A program made the position numbers and the translations under genes. A DNA stretch of 64,000 bases. It comes from Vulcanimicrobiota bacterium. GTDB lineage: Bacteria > Vulcanimicrobiota > Vulcanimicrobiia > Vulcanimicrobiales > Vulcanimicrobiaceae. This document shows positions 61,739 to 64,000 of the stretch, in pieces (positions within the stretch are counted from its first letter, which is position 1; every line of letters starts with the position of its first letter). The notes under the pieces were generated by a model. That model made no database searches. It was not told the DNA's origin and saw only the letters and a program-made list of their open reading frames with translations. The stretch lies in assembly GCA_963777315.1 (NCBI GenBank), contig CAVZQC010000001.1, positions 32,001 to 96,000 on the forward strand, given 5' to 3'.

Positions 61739-64000
61739 ACGCGACATATAGTACGGCTTGCGCTCGTGATTCTCTTTGCCGCTGCCTTTCCGGCGCACGC
61801 GATCGCGCAAAGCGCAAGCGCAACCATTGCAGGCACGGTTCGCGACCGCGACGGCGCGCCGATTGCCGGTGCGACGGTCGAACTCAGCGGACCGGTACGG
61901 AGTACGCGGACTTCCGATTCGAAGGGCGCCTTCACGTTCGTAAATCTCGCGCCGGGCTCGTATTCGCTGACGGTCAACAAGGGCGGATACCAAGCCGGCG
62001 GTCTGGACGACGTCGTTCTGTCCGGTGCTTCGAGTGCTGCCGACGTAACGGTGACGCTGGAACCGGCGACCATGTCGAGCATTCGACAGATTGCGCACGT
62101 CGTGGCCAACGCGCGCGGCACGTTCAATTCCAGCTCCGCCGCGCAGACCTTCGTCTCAGGCGCGCAATTCAAAGATGCGGGCCAGGTGCAAATCAATCGC
62201 GTGCTCGACCGCGTTCCGGGGATCGTTTCGGCGCGCAGCGGCGGCACGAACGCGGCCGTTCCCGGAGCCATCATGTCGCCCAACGTGCGCGGCGCGTTGG
62301 ACTACGAGAAGGAAACGCTGCTCGATGGACACCCGCTGATCAACGGGCGTTTCGGCGACTATCCCATCATGTTCGTGAATTCGTTTTTGCTCGACGGCGT
62401 GGAGATCGCTCAGGGCCCGACCGCGAACGCCGCGCAAATCAACTACGGCATCGGTGGAACGATCAATTTTCGCACCGCGCAGCCCACGCGAACGCCGATG
62501 GGCGATCTGCTCGTCGGCACGGACGGGTATGGCGGAACGTATTCCAACGCGCGGTACTCCGGAACCAGCGCAAACGGCAAGTTCGCTTGGGTTGCGGACT
62601 ATGCCGCATACGGTACGCGCGGGCCGCTGGACGGCTATGCTTCGCAGGTAGCGTTGCCGGCCGGCAGCACGCTGGCCGGTTATGGAACGCTAGGCAATAC
62701 GACTTCGCAATTTCCGGTCAACGGCGCCAAGGGGCCGTACCCGCTGCCCAACGTGCGCGGCAATCCCGCCAACGCATACGCTACGCTGCTCGCCTGCTGC
62801 CAAACCGTCACCTCCTCATACCTCAATCACGGGGAGCTGGCAAAAGTGCGCTATGCATTTTCTACGGCAACGTCGGCGACGGTGACGTATTTAGGTCTGC
62901 AATCCCAATACGACGGGACGGCATCGAGCTTTACGCAGCTGTATTCGACTTTTGCGCCGGGCAGTGCTTATGCGGGCGGCGCAGGCGCTCCGCAGAGCGG
63001 ACAGCAGATTTTACTCAATGCCGCCACGCAGATTCCCGGGCGGCGGCTCATCGACAACGAACCGGTGATCGAAGCCGAGCTGCGTACGGCGCTTAGGGAA
63101 GACAGTCTGCTGGCGCGGTTTTACGGCGCCGCCCTGGACCGCTTTACGGTCAATCCGCTCGACAATCCGGCGGGAGCTTACACCACGGCTCCAATGACGC
63201 TGTACGGCACGGCGCCGGTCAACGACATCCCGACGACGTTCAACGGCGCGTCCGCAGCGGTCACGATTCCCGCCGCGTATTTTCAGCAAGGGGAAGTGGA
63301 CCAACTGCGAGGTGAATCGCTCCAGTACAATCACCCCATCGGCGTCAACTTGCTCACGTTCTCGTTCGACCGCACCACGTATCTGACCAACGCGTATCAA
63401 ACCACGGGCAGCGCGAGCTCCCCGGGCGGAAACGTGAGCGCGCCGATTCCGGCAGGCTCGCGCCAAGACTTCACGACGTATCTGCTGCGCGCGCTGTGGG
63501 AACTGGGGCCCAAGACCGAACTGACGGCGGCGAATTACTTCAACGTCTACCAAAGCCGCTTTACCACCGCGCGCAATCCCGACGGCACGTTTGTCTTTCA
63601 AACGGCCACGCGCGTTCACGACGATCCCCGCGTAGGGCTCTCCTATCATCCCGGTCCCGACGTTTCACTGCGCTTGACCGCGGGGTCGGCCGTCGCTCCG
63701 CCGTACGTGCAGCTCCTGGACGGATTGAGCCAAACGCCCGCGCAGGTGTATACTCCCGGCGCGACGTCCGTCACCATCGCGCAAAATTCGGGCGGTCTGC
63801 TTCCGGAAACGTCCTTCGGCTACGACGTCGGCGGGGATTGGCGTTTTCGCGACGGCGCGGTGCTGTCGGCAGACGCGTATCTCACCGAATTGCGCAACCA
63901 GTTCGTAGGAACGGTCACTCCGGCAGGCACGTTTACCCCGCCGGGATCTTCGAGTCCCATCCCGGTTTTCGTATCGACGAATGCGAATCTGGGCAGAGCG
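61739..64000 (+). CDS. TonB-dependent receptor, 3' truncated by window edge; start codon uncertain (not in ORF track)
   Basis: Frame reads RHIVRLALVILFAAAFPAHAIA-QSASATIAGTVRD, plug VLDRVPG, NVRG, LLDG, GGTINFRT, LPETSFGYD; the same frame is coding-like at the window end. Confidence 0.88.

Noticed and set aside
1..64000. Defence island, prophage or mobile element suggested by the WYL gene
   Set aside because: No nuclease, Cas, toxin-antitoxin, integrase, transposase or phage genes were recognised, and I saw no obvious compositional shift.

Overview
This is a GC-rich, gene-dense bacterial chromosomal segment from a diderm organism (TolC, two TonB-dependent receptors, beta-barrel proteins). 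The gene mix tentatively suggests Candidatus Eremiobacterota, which is inference only. It is mostly core metabolism: dapD plus an aminotransferase; a pentose-phosphate operon (tkt, tal-pgi fusion, gnd, zwf, opcA, pgl); a TetR/HlyD/TolC efflux unit; hutHUI plus hutF; clpC; a propionyl-CoA to succinyl-CoA cluster with fabI; and a peptidoglycan-recycling cluster (nagZ, AmiE-like, anmK, kinase, murQ). I saw no tRNA, rRNA, CRISPR array, transposase or integrase. The most notable unexplained element is the intergenic region 24261-24580. It holds four co-oriented DnaA-box-like 9-mers, then a good sigma70-type promoter, a ~200-nt multi-hairpin candidate ncRNA and a terminator, convergent with an HTH-WYL regulator gene. 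Other observations: two more structured intergenic elements, two coupled small ORFs absent from the ORF track, a metallothionein, a TetR operator pair, and five apparent +1 frameshifts that are probably sequencing artefacts.
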